DNA of 42,583 nucleotides from positions 1 to 42,583 of the forward strand of contig JBBRDV010000006.1 in assembly GCA_038203565.1 (NCBI GenBank), read 5' to 3'. Source of the DNA: Atribacterota bacterium (GTDB taxonomy: Bacteria; Atribacterota; Phoenicimicrobiia; Phoenicimicrobiales; Phoenicimicrobiaceae). Below the pieces are notes generated by a model. The model made no database searches, was not told the DNA's origin, and was given only the letters and a program-made list of their open reading frames with translations. Shown here piece after piece: positions 18,230-28,572 of the stretch; position 1 is the first letter of the stretch, and the number at the start of each line of letters is the position of its first letter. Position numbers and translations under genes: made by a program.

Positions 18230-19099
18230 TTAAAATTGAATTATATTTTGTAATATTTCACCAGCATGATAGGAACTGCGCACCAAAGGCGCTGACGCTA
18301 CATATTTGAAGCCTAAAGACATCCCTATATTTTGATATTCTTCAAATTTATCAGGATGAATATATTCGTTGACTTTTAAATGGTGAGGAGATGGTTTTAA
18401 ATATTGACCTATAGTTAAAATATCACAATCCACTTCCCGTAAATCTTTCATCGCTTTGATAACTTCTTCCTTTTCCTCTCCTAAGCCTACCATAATCCCC
18501 GATTTGGAAATAATATTTTTACCCCGAATCTTAACCTGCCTTAACAGCTCCAGGGAACGCTTATAAAACGCTTTTGGCCTTACTAACTTATATAAGCGCG
18601 CAACCGTTTCGATATTATGATTTATAACTTCCGGATGAGCATCTATTACTATTTGGAGTGCTTCCCAGGAACCCTCAAAATCAGGGACTAATACCTCTAT
18701 AGTGCTTTCAGGAAGTATTTTTTTAACCTCTATAATGGTCTGAGCAAAGTGTTTTGCTCCGCCATCCGAAAGGTCGTCTCTGGTTACCGAAGTAACCACT
18801 ATATGTTTAAGATTTAAATGTTTGGCAGCTTGCGCAATATGACGGGGTTCCTCCGGGTCTAAGGGGAGTGGTTCCCCTTTTTCTACAGCACAAAACTTAC
18901 AGTTTCGCGTACAGATATTCCCCAATATCATAAATGTAGCCGTTCTTTTTTTAAAACATTCACCGCGATTAGGACATAAAGCACTATCGCAAACTGTATG
19001 TAAATTCAGTTCTTTTAATAATGAATCCATCCGCTCTAAAACTTTTTGGTCGGGCAATTTTCTTCGCAACCAGTAAAGATGTCCTTTTTTATCAGTCAT
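18230..19099 (-). CDS. lipA: Lipoyl synthase
   Basis: CX4CX5C ([12 protein letters not shown]), radical [15 protein letters not shown]. Confidence 0.97.
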   Translation of the reverse strand: MTDKKGHLYWLRRKLPDQKVLERMDSLLKELNLHTVCDSALCPNRGECFKKRTATFMILGNICTRNCKFCAVEKGEPLPLDPEEPRHIAQAAKHLNLKHIVVTSVTRDDLSDGGAKHFAQTIIEVKKILPESTIEVLVPDFEGSWEALQIVIDAHPEVINHNIETVARLYKLVRPKAFYKRSLELLRQVKIRGKNIISKSGIMVGLGEEKEEVIKAMKDLREVDCDILTIGQYLKPSPHHLKVNEYIHPDKFEEYQNIGMSLGFKYVASAPLVRSSYHAGEILQNIIQF

Positions 19100-19919
19100 T
19101 TTTTTCTTCCTTAAATAAATTTAGATACAATTCTTTAATCGTTCGGAGCATTTCTTCATTATTTGTTTTCTTTCTTAATTCAAACATAAATACCCCCTGA
19201 TAATTAATTTCTTTTAAGCTCTTTATAAATCTTTCCCAATCTATATTGCCTTCAAAAGGAAGATAATGGTCATCACTCTTTCCGGAATTATCATGAATAT
19301 GTAAATGAAATAAATAATCTTTTATTTCCGGCAAACACTCCGCAACTCCGCTATGATTATAAAGGGAAGAAGTTATGTTGCAATGTCCGGTATCCAGACA
19401 AATTCCTAAATTTTTAGAATCAAATTTTTTTACTATCTCCAGGATCTCAGGTATGCTGTCACCGGTTTTTCCGGGTAAAGTATTCTCTAAAGCAATCTTA
19501 ATTCCCCACTGTTCACAAAATTTTAATATTTCCTCTAAGCTTTGCTCACTCTTTTCTCGACACGCTTTCCTCATTTTCTCATCTTCAATTTCACTTCCCG
19601 GATGAACTACTAAAATCCCTCCTCCTAATCTCAGCAAAGCAAGGGCTGTTTTTTCTACTTCCCGGACAGACCATACCCGATCATATTCCTCAATTAGGGA
19701 AATATCTACACCATTAGTAGGCATATGCATTGATATTACTTCTATCTCATTTTTTTTAAATTCTTTAGACATCTCATCTAAATATTTGGGGTCATGATAA
19801 TCGAAATGTCCTTCTTTTGGTTTTACTTCAATATATCTTATTCCTGCCTCTTTAAGTAGAGGCAATTTTGATTTTAATTGATAATCCTCAAACGGCATAG
19901 TTGATATTCCAAAATTCAT
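19092..19919 (-). CDS. Sugar phosphate isomerase/epimerase (xylose isomerase-like TIM barrel)
   Basis: IALEN, CLDTGH, HLHIHDN..DDH, EGNIDW. Confidence 0.88.
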   Translation of the reverse strand: MNFGISTMPFEDYQLKSKLPLLKEAGIRYIEVKPKEGHFDYHDPKYLDEMSKEFKKNEIEVISMHMPTNGVDISLIEEYDRVWSVREVEKTALALLRLGGGILVVHPGSEIEDEKMRKACREKSEQSLEEILKFCEQWGIKIALENTLPGKTGDSIPEILEIVKKFDSKNLGICLDTGHCNITSSLYNHSGVAECLPEIKDYLFHLHIHDNSGKSDDHYLPFEGNIDWERFIKSLKEINYQGVFMFELRKKTNNEEMLRTIKELYLNLFKEEKND

Positions 19920-19937
19920 TTTTTATCCTCTCTTCTT

Positions 19938-20930
19938 CTATTTATAGGAAACCCCTTTTAATTCTTCAATATATTTTTGGGCGGTGAAGGCAGCGGTAGC
20001 TCCTTCTCCACAAGCAGTAACTACCTGTCTTAAGATTTTTTTTCTAACATCTCCACAGGCATAGATACCTTCTTGTGAGGTCATCATATTATCATCAGTC
20101 AAAATATAACCCCTTTGGTCTAATTTCACTAACTCTTTTATAAATTTTGAATTGGGAATATTCCCCACAAAAACAAAAACACCCTGAGAGAAGATTTCCT
20201 TTTCTTCGCCTGTTTTTTTGTTTTGAATAAAAACGCTTTCTACTTTTTCCTTGCCTAATATTTTTATTACTACTGAATCCCAGGCAAAATTTATTTTCTT
20301 ATTAGCAACCACTCTTTCCTGTAATATCTTAGTTGCTCTTAATCTATCACGACGGTGAATAATAGTTACTTCTCGAACAAACTTAGTTAAATATAAAGCT
20401 TCTTCAATTGCCGTATCCCCTCCTCCAATCACTACTACCTTTTGGTCCTTAAAAAATGGGGCATCACAGGTGGCACAATAAGAGACTCCTCTCCCCCTTA
20501 ATTCTTCTTCTCCGGGGATACCCAATTTACTCGCTTCTGCTCCAGAAGCTAAAATAATAGTGAGGGCTTTATATTCTTGATTGTTGATTCTCACTATTTT
20601 TATCCTATCTTCTTTTATTCTAACTTCTGCTGCTTCTCCATATTCTATTTTAAGGCCAAATCGTGCAGCCTGTTCCTCCATTTTTTGCATTAATTCAGGT
20701 CCAGCAATGCCCTGGGGAAAGCCAGGATAATTTTCAATAATCTCAGTAAGAATTGCCTGTCCGCCAGGAAGGGCTTTTTCAATTAATAGAGTGTTCATTC
20801 TAGCTCGACTAAGATAGATGCCTGCGGTCAATCCGGCAGGCCCACCTCCGATTATTATGGCATCATAGATTATTTCTTCTTTTGTCTCTTTTTTGCTAAT
20901 TGTCTTTGGTTTAATCGATACTACTGACAT
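19938..20930 (-). CDS. trxB: Thioredoxin-disulfide reductase
   Basis: GGGPAG, SYCATCD, GGGDTA, GIYACGD. Confidence 0.96.
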   Translation of the reverse strand: MSVVSIKPKTISKKETKEEIIYDAIIIGGGPAGLTAGIYLSRARMNTLLIEKALPGGQAILTEIIENYPGFPQGIAGPELMQKMEEQAARFGLKIEYGEAAEVRIKEDRIKIVRINNQEYKALTIILASGAEASKLGIPGEEELRGRGVSYCATCDAPFFKDQKVVVIGGGDTAIEEALYLTKFVREVTIIHRRDRLRATKILQERVVANKKINFAWDSVVIKILGKEKVESVFIQNKKTGEEKEIFSQGVFVFVGNIPNSKFIKELVKLDQRGYILTDDNMMTSQEGIYACGDVRKKILRQVVTACGEGATAAFTAQKYIEELKGVSYK

Positions 20931-20964
20931 ATATGAGTTGCCTCCATGAAAATCATAATTTAAA

Positions 20965-21010
20965 AATCTACCAATCTACCAATCTACCCATTTACCGATC
21001 TGCCAATCTG
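20965..21010. repeat. Degenerate octamer tandem (ACCAATCT)n
   Basis: accaatct accaatct acccattt accgatct gccaatct. Confidence 0.8.
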
Positions 21011-21162
21011 ATAATTAAATTGTTTGTTAGTAAATAGTTGTTGGCATTAATACGAGTTTTTAGCTAGCTAACTAATTCCATATGCTACCCGCTATTTTCT
21101 TTACTATATACTAATGGGGGCATATGAGCTAATAGGTAAATACTCGGTACTATATCCTATTT

Positions 21163-21891
21163 TTATTTTTGTTTTATCTTTATCTCAATATCCCCTTTGA
21201 TAAAGCCCTTTAATGAAGACAAAAGCCCGGTAATAGTATTTTTTATAATTTTCGCTATAAAGGGATTCATCGGAACTATTTTCCCATCTACTTTCACCAA
21301 AGTTGAAGGCTCTAAAGAAGGACAATCACCGGGAGTTTTATTTCCTTTAACAATCTCCTGAGATAAGCCGTAACAATCTTGATATCCACATCCCCCGCAA
21401 TTCAGGTTAGGTAATTTAAATGATTTATTAATAGCTATCTCTGCTATCTTTTTTATATCCTCATCATTTAAAATATTAAAGTCGCAAAGCTTCGGGTTTA
21501 ACTCCTTAGAAACAAAACCGGCTGTACAAAGCTGTAATCCATCAAATAGTTCAGCCTTTTCACTTTCCTCTCTTAAGCACACAATTTTGGGAAAAGTTTT
21601 TTCCTTTTTAAAACCTTCTATTAAGATAATATCGGCTTCAAAATATTTTATGATCTCTTCTAAATTCTTTTTATTTTTTAGAAAAATTATAGATTCTTTG
21701 GAGGTAATCGCTGCTACCTGGGTTAGGCTTTCTTTGTATTTTGAAGTATCCGAATTGACTAGATCAAGGTCTTCGTTAGTATGTTTTACTACTGCTACTT
21801 TATAGCCTCTTTTAATTAATTCATTGGATAGTTTTAGTGTCAAAGTAGTTTTTCCACTTTTCTTATATCCTGTTATACCAATAACCTTCAT
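21163..21891 (-). CDS. mobB: Molybdopterin-guanine dinucleotide biosynthesis protein B with C-terminal Fe-S domain
   Basis: GYKKSGKTT, VVKH, LIEGFK, then LPNLNCGGCGYQDC...C. Confidence 0.9.
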   Translation of the reverse strand: MKVIGITGYKKSGKTTLTLKLSNELIKRGYKVAVVKHTNEDLDLVNSDTSKYKESLTQVAAITSKESIIFLKNKKNLEEIIKYFEADIILIEGFKKEKTFPKIVCLREESEKAELFDGLQLCTAGFVSKELNPKLCDFNILNDEDIKKIAEIAINKSFKLPNLNCGGCGYQDCYGLSQEIVKGNKTPGDCPSLEPSTLVKVDGKIVPMNPFIAKIIKNTITGLLSSLKGFIKGDIEIKIKQK

Positions 21892-22412
21892 TAACTATCA
21901 CCTCATTTAATTAATTAATTAATTATTTTACCACATTCATCATCATCCAGGCAGAGATTAGAAAAAGAAAATAGATATCCGAGAACCGGCTTAAGACCCG
22001 GAAAAAACCACTAAAGCCAGAATTAAAGCCATTATTTTAAAAAGGGTACTATGCACATTAATATATCAAAGAGAAGTTAAAATATCAAGAATTAAAGTGC
22101 TTTGTAATTTATTCCCTCATATTGATCATCTACTAATATTCCACCCATCATAGGAGCAAAGTTTTCTACTACGAGATAAAGGTTCTGAATAAGTTTTTCT
22201 TCTGAAGAATATCCGGCTATCAGCCCCACTTTGGGGAAAATCACGGAAATATCAAAAAGCCCTAAACTAGATCGTTTTGTCGTAATAACATAAAGGAAAT
22301 AGATTCCTGTTGCCTGCTTTCGTAAGAATGCGAAACAAGCGGAAGAAAAATCTTGACAAAAATATAAACTGATATAAAATATACAATTAGAAACTAAAAA
22401 GGGGAACCTATT

Positions 22413-22721
22413 ATGCCAACTTATGAGTATAAATGCAAAAAATGTGGGAATACTTTTGAAAAATTCCAATCCATTACAGCAGACCCCATTAAAAATTGCA
22501 AAAAATGTAATGGAGAGGTCTATAGATTAATAAGCAAAAATGCGAACTTTATATTAAAGGGCAATGGATATTATAGTACAGATAATCGAAATAGTAGTTA
22601 TCAATCGGAAAAGAAAGGATTAGCCGCTTCCTCAATAGAAGGGCAAGAAAAGAAAGAAATTTCCAAAAAGCCAGACTCCAAGATCGAAGAAAAGAAAGAT
22701 AAAGAAACTTCAGTAAAATAA
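22413..22721 (+). CDS. FmdB family zinc-ribbon protein
   Basis: [12 protein letters not shown]...CKKCNG...[10 protein letters not shown]. Confidence 0.92.
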   Translation: MPTYEYKCKKCGNTFEKFQSITADPIKNCKKCNGEVYRLISKNANFILKGNGYYSTDNRNSSYQSEKKGLAASSIEGQEKKEISKKPDSKIEEKKDKETSVK

Positions 22722-23630
22722 TCTTTCCCACCAGTTTGGTTTTACTTTCTTCAATTTTTTCTTTAATTCTAAAATATTATTTTGAGCAGCTATTTCACCT
22801 TCTCGAACACATTGTTCAGCTTTAGAAAAATCAGACCAATGAAAACGTCCTACTTTAGGGGTAATTACTACATCTGCAAAAGATAATTGTAATTTTCTTA
22901 ATTCGGAAGATGTAATAGAATCAGACCGAAAAATAATTTCTACTGCATTATTAAATTCATCCCTCTTTTTAATAGTTTGGCTCACACTAACCGCGATAAC
23001 AAAATTAGCTCCTAACGATTGAGCTGCTTCTATCGGCACTACCTCGACTATCCCCCCATCAACTAAAATTTTCTTATCCAATATTAGCGGAGGGAACATT
23101 CCCGGAATAGAAGCACTGGCTAAAAGCGCATCAAACAATTTTCCTCTTCTTATAATTATTTTTTCTCCCTTTACTAAATCCGCAGCCGTTACAGCAAAGG
23201 GGATCTGGGTGTCTTCGAAGGTTTTATTATTCACTAATTCCTCAATAATCTTTCTGAGTCCTTCCCCATCATTTATATATTTTTTTGTGAGTTCAAGATT
23301 GAGCATATAACCTTTTTTCAAGAAATCAGACATTTTTTTCAAAAAGAAAGGCTTATCTTTTCTTTCTTTTTCGCTAAAAGATAAGTCTATATTAAATTCA
23401 CTAATTTTAGAATATTTCTCGGTAATTTTTTCTATAGCAGAAATATCTTTTGTTAGGGCATAAACTGCTCCTATAATAGCCCCCATTGAGGTACCAGTAA
23501 TGAGATCAATAGGAATATTTTCCTTTTTTAAAACTTTTAATACTCCTATGTGGGCGAGGCCTCGGGCTCCACCCCCTCCCAAAGCTAATCCTACTTTTAA
23601 TTTTTCTTTTGCCACTACTTTAAACTCCAA
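22710..23630 (-). CDS. Patatin-like phospholipase (RssA/NTE family)
   Basis: [18 protein letters not shown]. Confidence 0.93.
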   Translation of the reverse strand: MEFKVVAKEKLKVGLALGGGGARGLAHIGVLKVLKKENIPIDLITGTSMGAIIGAVYALTKDISAIEKITEKYSKISEFNIDLSFSEKERKDKPFFLKKMSDFLKKGYMLNLELTKKYINDGEGLRKIIEELVNNKTFEDTQIPFAVTAADLVKGEKIIIRRGKLFDALLASASIPGMFPPLILDKKILVDGGIVEVVPIEAAQSLGANFVIAVSVSQTIKKRDEFNNAVEIIFRSDSITSSELRKLQLSFADVVITPKVGRFHWSDFSKAEQCVREGEIAAQNNILELKKKLKKVKPNWWERLFY

Positions 23631-23651
23631 TCCATATCTACAAAGAAATAT

Positions 23652-24029
23652 CTAAATCGGTCTGAAAAAATCCGCTGTATCATCTTTCGATGGTTTTAAT
23701 TCTTCGATTATATTTGCTCCCTCAGTCCCGGAAAGGCAGCGTGGAGGGAAAATATCGAGCATATCAATTAAGGTCGCATCGGCAGTAACCGTCATACCCA
23801 GAGGAGTAGCAGCTAAATGAGTAATCGATATTTTAGTAGCAACTGAAATATAACCCTCCGGAAGATTTTTTTTCACCGCATTTATGGCAGCTAAATCCAT
23901 TAAGGAAACTAACATGGGAGTGGCAAAGGCAGGTGGCATAGGTTTAGCAAATCTCTCTGCTGAATTTTCCTCATTTACCGTCATTTGAGCTATTCCTTTT
24001 AAACCTTCTTCGAGATTAAATTCTATCAT
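23652..24029 (-). pseudogene. Truncated FlK-like hotdog thioesterase fused to an isochorismatase-like fragment
   Basis: FATPML...HLAATPLG thioesterase motifs stop after about 90 aa. The tail FPPRCLSGTEGANIIEELKP resembles a cysteine-hydrolase motif. Confidence 0.65.
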
Positions 24030-24137
24030 TTTTTCTTCCCCCTTCTAAATATATTATTTGTATACGAATTTCCTTTTTCTGTAAGCCCTAATTAGTCGTT
24101 AGTTTTAAATACAAGTTTTTAGTTACCATTATACAGT

Positions 24138-24190
24138 TAAAAACTTAAAGCAAAAAGCGAAAAACCATAATTCAAAATTCAAAACTTTTT
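24138..24190. repeat. 53-bp dispersed intergenic repeat, copy 2
   Basis: 48/53 identical to 6152-6204. Confidence 0.9.
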
Positions 24191-24290
24191 CTCCCAATAT
24201 TGGATTTTAAGTTCTGTTTTTGCTTCTTTGCTAATTAATGATCTAACAAACTATTATATTATAAAAAATTTAAATTAAGTTTATTTAATA

Positions 24291-25316
24291 TTACTTGTCC
24301 GGCTGAAGAACTATTTTAATAGAACTTTTTTTCTTTGCTCGCCTGAAACCTTCTTTCCAATTACTTAAGGGAAGTACATCACTAACCAATTCTTTTAAAT
24401 TTACCTTCCCTTCGTTTACCAGATTTATTGCCTTATCCCAGGAAGAAGGTTTCTGAGTACGAGAACCAATAATACTCAGCTCTTTGTCAAATAAGATTTG
24501 ATCAAATCTAAGTTGAATCGGTTGGTGAATAATTCCTTCCTGAATATATCTACCCCCTTTTCTTATAAAATTTAATCCATACTCCACTGCTTCAACAGAA
24601 CCGGAACATTCAAAAACCACATCTACGCCATACCCACCTGTTAATTTCGACAAATAGTTCTTAATATCCTTCTTTTTTATATTAAAAATTTGATTAATTC
24701 CAATTTTTTCTGCTGTAGATAATCTTTTTTCATCACCTTCAATTCCACAAATAATTACTTCTGCTCCTAAAGACTTGGCAATTTGAGCAGTTAACAACCC
24801 CAGAGGTCCCGGTCCTAATACCAGAACTGTTTCATGGGGTAATAAATTAGCTTGTTCCATTACTGCATGGGCAGCGCAAGATAAAGGTTCAAAAAGAGAA
24901 GCGGAATTAAAATCAATATGAGGAGGAATTTGGTGAATGCTCTCTTTTCTTATCACAAAATATTCAGCAAAAGCCCCGTTAACAGCGGACCCCAATCCTT
25001 TACGATAAATGCATAAATTATAATCTTTGCTCTGGCAAAATTTACATTGTCCACAGATATAGGCAGTAGTTTCAGTAGTCACTCTGTCCCCTGCCTTTAT
25101 ATCCTTTACTTCTTCCCCTACCTCTACCACAAGCCCGGCAGTTTCATGTCCTAATACCACCGGAGGTTTTAGGGCTGAATAACCATAAAGATCAGTTCCA
25201 CAGATTCCCGTAGCCTCCACTTTAACTTTTACTTCATTCGCTTGAGGAACAGGTTCGGGAATTTCTCTTAATTCTATATCATTTTCACCTTTTCCGTATT
25301 TAACTAAAGCTTTCAT
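24291..25316 (-). CDS. Zinc-dependent alcohol dehydrogenase (MDR family, sorbitol/threonine DH-like)
   Basis: CGTD, GHE, CGQCKFC...C, GPGPLG. Confidence 0.92.
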   Translation of the reverse strand: MKALVKYGKGENDIELREIPEPVPQANEVKVKVEATGICGTDLYGYSALKPPVVLGHETAGLVVEVGEEVKDIKAGDRVTTETTAYICGQCKFCQSKDYNLCIYRKGLGSAVNGAFAEYFVIRKESIHQIPPHIDFNSASLFEPLSCAAHAVMEQANLLPHETVLVLGPGPLGLLTAQIAKSLGAEVIICGIEGDEKRLSTAEKIGINQIFNIKKKDIKNYLSKLTGGYGVDVVFECSGSVEAVEYGLNFIRKGGRYIQEGIIHQPIQLRFDQILFDKELSIIGSRTQKPSSWDKAINLVNEGKVNLKELVSDVLPLSNWKEGFRRAKKKSSIKIVLQPDK

Positions 25317-25390
25317 CTCTTCTTTTTACTCCATTTGCAAAATCGCCAATCCTGCTTATTTTTTATGTGAAATGCGATACGATATACGAA

Positions 25391-26416
25391 TCAAGGAATC
25401 ACCGCTATTTTAATGCCTTTATGGGCCAACATCATCTCTATTATGGTAGATATTTCGCCAAGGGGAAACTCGTCAGTAATTAGCGAATCGATATCAATCG
25501 CCTTATTACAAATTAAATTTAAAGCTCTTTTAACATGTCCGGGCGTATGGTGAAAAACTCCCTTTATGTTTATTTGGGAATAGTGAATTAAACTGGTATC
25601 AATAGAAACTTTCGTTCCTCTTTCACACCCCCCAAAAAGATTCACCGTTCCTCCCTTTCTTACCATCGATATAGTCTGTTCCCAAACCTCTGGTAACCCG
25701 ACAGCTTCAATGGCTACATCTGCTCCTCTCTTATCTTCAGTAAATTTTTTCACTTCTTCAACGGGGTTCTGCACTTTAGCAACATTTATCGCCTTATAAG
25801 CCCCCAATTTTACAGCTAATTTTAATCTCTCCTCGAGTGTATCGGTTATAATAACTCTTGCTCCTTTTAATTTAACTACTTGCAAGAACATTAAACCTAT
25901 CGGACCTGCTCCGTTTATAACCACTGTGTTACCTAATTTAATTTCCGATTCTTCAACTCCATGAACCACACAAGAAAGGGGTTCTAAGAGTGCTGCTTCT
26001 TTATAGCTTACTGTCTCGGGAAATACCAATAAATTTTGAGAAACAATTATTCCGGGAATTTTTATATACTCTGCAAAAGCACCGCTTAATTGAATAAATA
26101 AACTATCACACAAACTATGTTCACCATTTTTGCAGTAAAAACAGGAATTACATGGGGCAGAATTAGCGCCTACTACTCTCATTCCCGGTTTAAATTTTTT
26201 TACCTTACTGCCTACTTCTACTATATCACCGGAAAACTCATGTCCAAAAACAAAAGGCGGATTAAATAAATGATGCCCTCTCAAGTAGGTTTTACGATCT
26301 GTTCCGCAGGTAAGTGCGACTCTCACTTTTACTAAAACTTCGTCAGGACCGATATCGGGAATATTAATTTCTTCTAATCTTACCTGGCCAGGTGCATAAA
26401 ATACAGCAGCTTTCAT
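25391..26416 (-). CDS. Zinc-dependent alcohol dehydrogenase (MDR family)
   Basis: CGTD, GHE, CNSCFYC...C, GAGPIG. Confidence 0.92.
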   Translation of the reverse strand: MKAAVFYAPGQVRLEEINIPDIGPDEVLVKVRVALTCGTDRKTYLRGHHLFNPPFVFGHEFSGDIVEVGSKVKKFKPGMRVVGANSAPCNSCFYCKNGEHSLCDSLFIQLSGAFAEYIKIPGIIVSQNLLVFPETVSYKEAALLEPLSCVVHGVEESEIKLGNTVVINGAGPIGLMFLQVVKLKGARVIITDTLEERLKLAVKLGAYKAINVAKVQNPVEEVKKFTEDKRGADVAIEAVGLPEVWEQTISMVRKGGTVNLFGGCERGTKVSIDTSLIHYSQINIKGVFHHTPGHVKRALNLICNKAIDIDSLITDEFPLGEISTIIEMMLAHKGIKIAVIP

Positions 26417-26531
26417 AGTTTTGTTTTTTAAATTTTTATTTTTATTGTTTATATTTTTTGAAATTATAAGTCTCCTCTCGTTCTTCTTTAACTATAAGGG
26501 CTAAAGATAATATTGATTAAATTAGTAAATC

Positions 26532-27062
26532 CTAAATCTTATGTGATTTGGTAATCAAAATATTCCTCTTTAAAATTATATTTATGGTATAGGTATAGAT
26601 AAATATTTGAATGGGCTCTGCCACTATTCGAGGGGGTATTAATACTTTCCAAGAAAGCCCGAATAAAATATTTAAAAAATACGGTATTAAAATAATAGAA
26701 GTTATCACCTGCCCTACGGTAATAGCTATTCCTAAATTAAAAACATTAGGTTCATTTTTTTTCATTAAAATCAAGATAGCCGCAGGTATTATTCCGGTCA
26801 AAGCAGAAGTTAGAGTAAAGTGAGGCATATAGGCACCTATAGGATTGATGAAATATCCTAATAGATCGGAAAAGGCTCCAATCAACCCTCCGGCTAATGG
26901 ACCAAATATAATACCTCCTAAGATTATGGGTAATCTCCCCAGACCGATCCTGATTCCCTCTACTCCTCCGATAGCAATACGTAAACTGGCTACCCGAGTT
27001 AAAATTATACTTAAAGCAATCAGAAGACCCATGGTAGTAATCTTATGGGACGATATTTTCAT
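26532..27062 (-). CDS. folT: Folate ECF transporter S component
   Basis: ALSIILTR, FGP..G...G..SD.LG, YMPHFTL; THF riboswitch upstream. Confidence 0.9.
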   Translation of the reverse strand: MKISSHKITTMGLLIALSIILTRVASLRIAIGGVEGIRIGLGRLPIILGGIIFGPLAGGLIGAFSDLLGYFINPIGAYMPHFTLTSALTGIIPAAILILMKKNEPNVFNLGIAITVGQVITSIILIPYFLNILFGLSWKVLIPPRIVAEPIQIFIYTYTINIILKRNILITKSHKI

Positions 27063-27157
27063 TTTTCTCTTTCCCTCCTTAATATAGCATTATAATAATA
27101 GATATAGCTTTATATCTGCTACATCAAGAAGAGTTTTTGTAAAAGGTAATTTCGATG

Positions 27158-27278
27158 TAGCAGCGGACGCGATGACCTGCCGCAGGACTAAAGAATTTCC
27201 CAATAGAAAACCTTAATCCTTTCGTTTAGAGACAACGTCCCATTCTCTAACACTTAACGCAAGTCACCTACTCTTGCC
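27158..27278 (-). ncRNA. THF riboswitch
   Basis: AGAGTAGG...GCGTTAAGTG...GGGACGTTG...ACGAAAG...TGCGG...CGCGTCCGCTG upstream of folT. Confidence 0.9.
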
Positions 27279-27412
27279 AAATATTCTATATGTCTTGTAT
27301 TCGGCTCACCTCCATTTGCCTGCTGCAATTATTATTTATTAAATTAATTATTTTTTGCATCTATATCTTTAATGTATCTTCTTAAGTAAATAACATATAT
27401 CAAAGTTTTTAA

Positions 27413-28180
27413 TCACTCTTTTTCTAAAAATACTTTGTTCTTTAAAATGCCAATCCCCTCAATCTCTACCTCTACTATATCCCCCGCCTCTAATTGTCCA
27501 ACTCCAGAAGGAGTTCCGGTAGCAATTATATCCCCGGGAAATAGGGTCATTATTTTAGAAATAAAACTGACTATCTTATCAACTTTAAAAATCATATTAC
27601 TGGTGGAAGAATTCTGCATTGGTTGACCATTCTTATAAAGTTTTATTTGAAGATTATCAGGATTTAACTCAGTAGAAATAAAAGGTCCGATGGGCGCAAA
27701 GGTATCAAACGATTTAGCTCTGGTCCATTGTTCATCTTTCTTTTGTAAATCTCGAGCAGTTACGTCATTAAAACAAGTATATCCCAGAATATTTTTAAAG
27801 ACATTTTCGGGTTCAATATTTTTAATTCTATTTTTAATAATCACTGCTAATTCTGCTTCATAATCTAATTGCTTGCTCATCTTAGGATAAATAATATTAT
27901 CGTTATGAGCAATAAGTGCACTCGGGGGTTTCATAAATATCAATGGTTCGTCGGGAATTTTCATCTGAATTTCATTTGCATGGTCAAAATAATTTAATCC
28001 CACAGCTATTATTTTAGTTGGTATACAGGGAGGTAAAAATGTTATTTCTGATAAAGAATATTCCTTTTCTATAGTTTTATAATTATTAAAAATATCACCA
28101 ACTACTTCTCTAATTATAGTTCCTTTCTCAAGTAATCCGTATCTTATATTTCCATTTTGATAAAATCTTAAATATTTCAT
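27413..28180 (-). CDS. Fumarylacetoacetate hydrolase family protein
   Basis: GLNY.DH, DYEAEL, NDVTARDLQ, KSFDTF, TGTPSGVG. Confidence 0.95.
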   Translation of the reverse strand: MKYLRFYQNGNIRYGLLEKGTIIREVVGDIFNNYKTIEKEYSLSEITFLPPCIPTKIIAVGLNYFDHANEIQMKIPDEPLIFMKPPSALIAHNDNIIYPKMSKQLDYEAELAVIIKNRIKNIEPENVFKNILGYTCFNDVTARDLQKKDEQWTRAKSFDTFAPIGPFISTELNPDNLQIKLYKNGQPMQNSSTSNMIFKVDKIVSFISKIMTLFPGDIIATGTPSGVGQLEAGDIVEVEIEGIGILKNKVFLEKE

Positions 28181-28189
28181 AAATACTCC

Positions 28190-28532
28190 TTTTACTTTGC
28201 TAAATTCGGTTAAACCACTGCCAGTTTGGGATTCACCAATTCCGTCCGCAATTTGATTTCTTTGATTCCAGGTGAGATTTAAGAACCTGACTCCTAACTC
28301 CTAATCTATGCAGTACTCTCAATACTCCTAAATCATCTTCTAAAGCCTCTCCTCCTCCTTCTTTCATTCTGGGGATGTCCAGGTGACCGGTAGTTGATTT
28401 TTTTTCTAAGTTTCTTTTATGGTTCATAATCTCTAAAATAGTATCGCAATGCCCATCAAATACTATCGCCTTCTGGTGTATCTGTTTTGCTTTAATTAAA
28501 TGCGTATTAGCCTCCGCCAAATTTACTTTCAC
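28190..28532 (-). pseudogene. Membrane dipeptidase (M19) pseudogene
   Basis: DGHCDT and GHLDIPRMKEGG are joined directly to GEALEDDL. A frameshift from a 7-bp duplication precedes LTWNQRNQIADG, and the C-terminal half is absent. Confidence 0.85.
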
Positions 28533-28572
28533 CTACTTTCATGATATATCAATTAAATATTACTGGGTCAAT

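Noticed and set aside
22092..22469. 125-aa minus-strand ORF as an intact gene
   Set aside because: Its 5' part overlaps the FmdB gene and its promoter region on the opposite strand and has no SD; at most a remnant.
27290..27330. Strong SD-like GGAGGTGA upstream of the THF riboswitch
   Set aside because: No properly spaced start codon or meaningful ORF follows.
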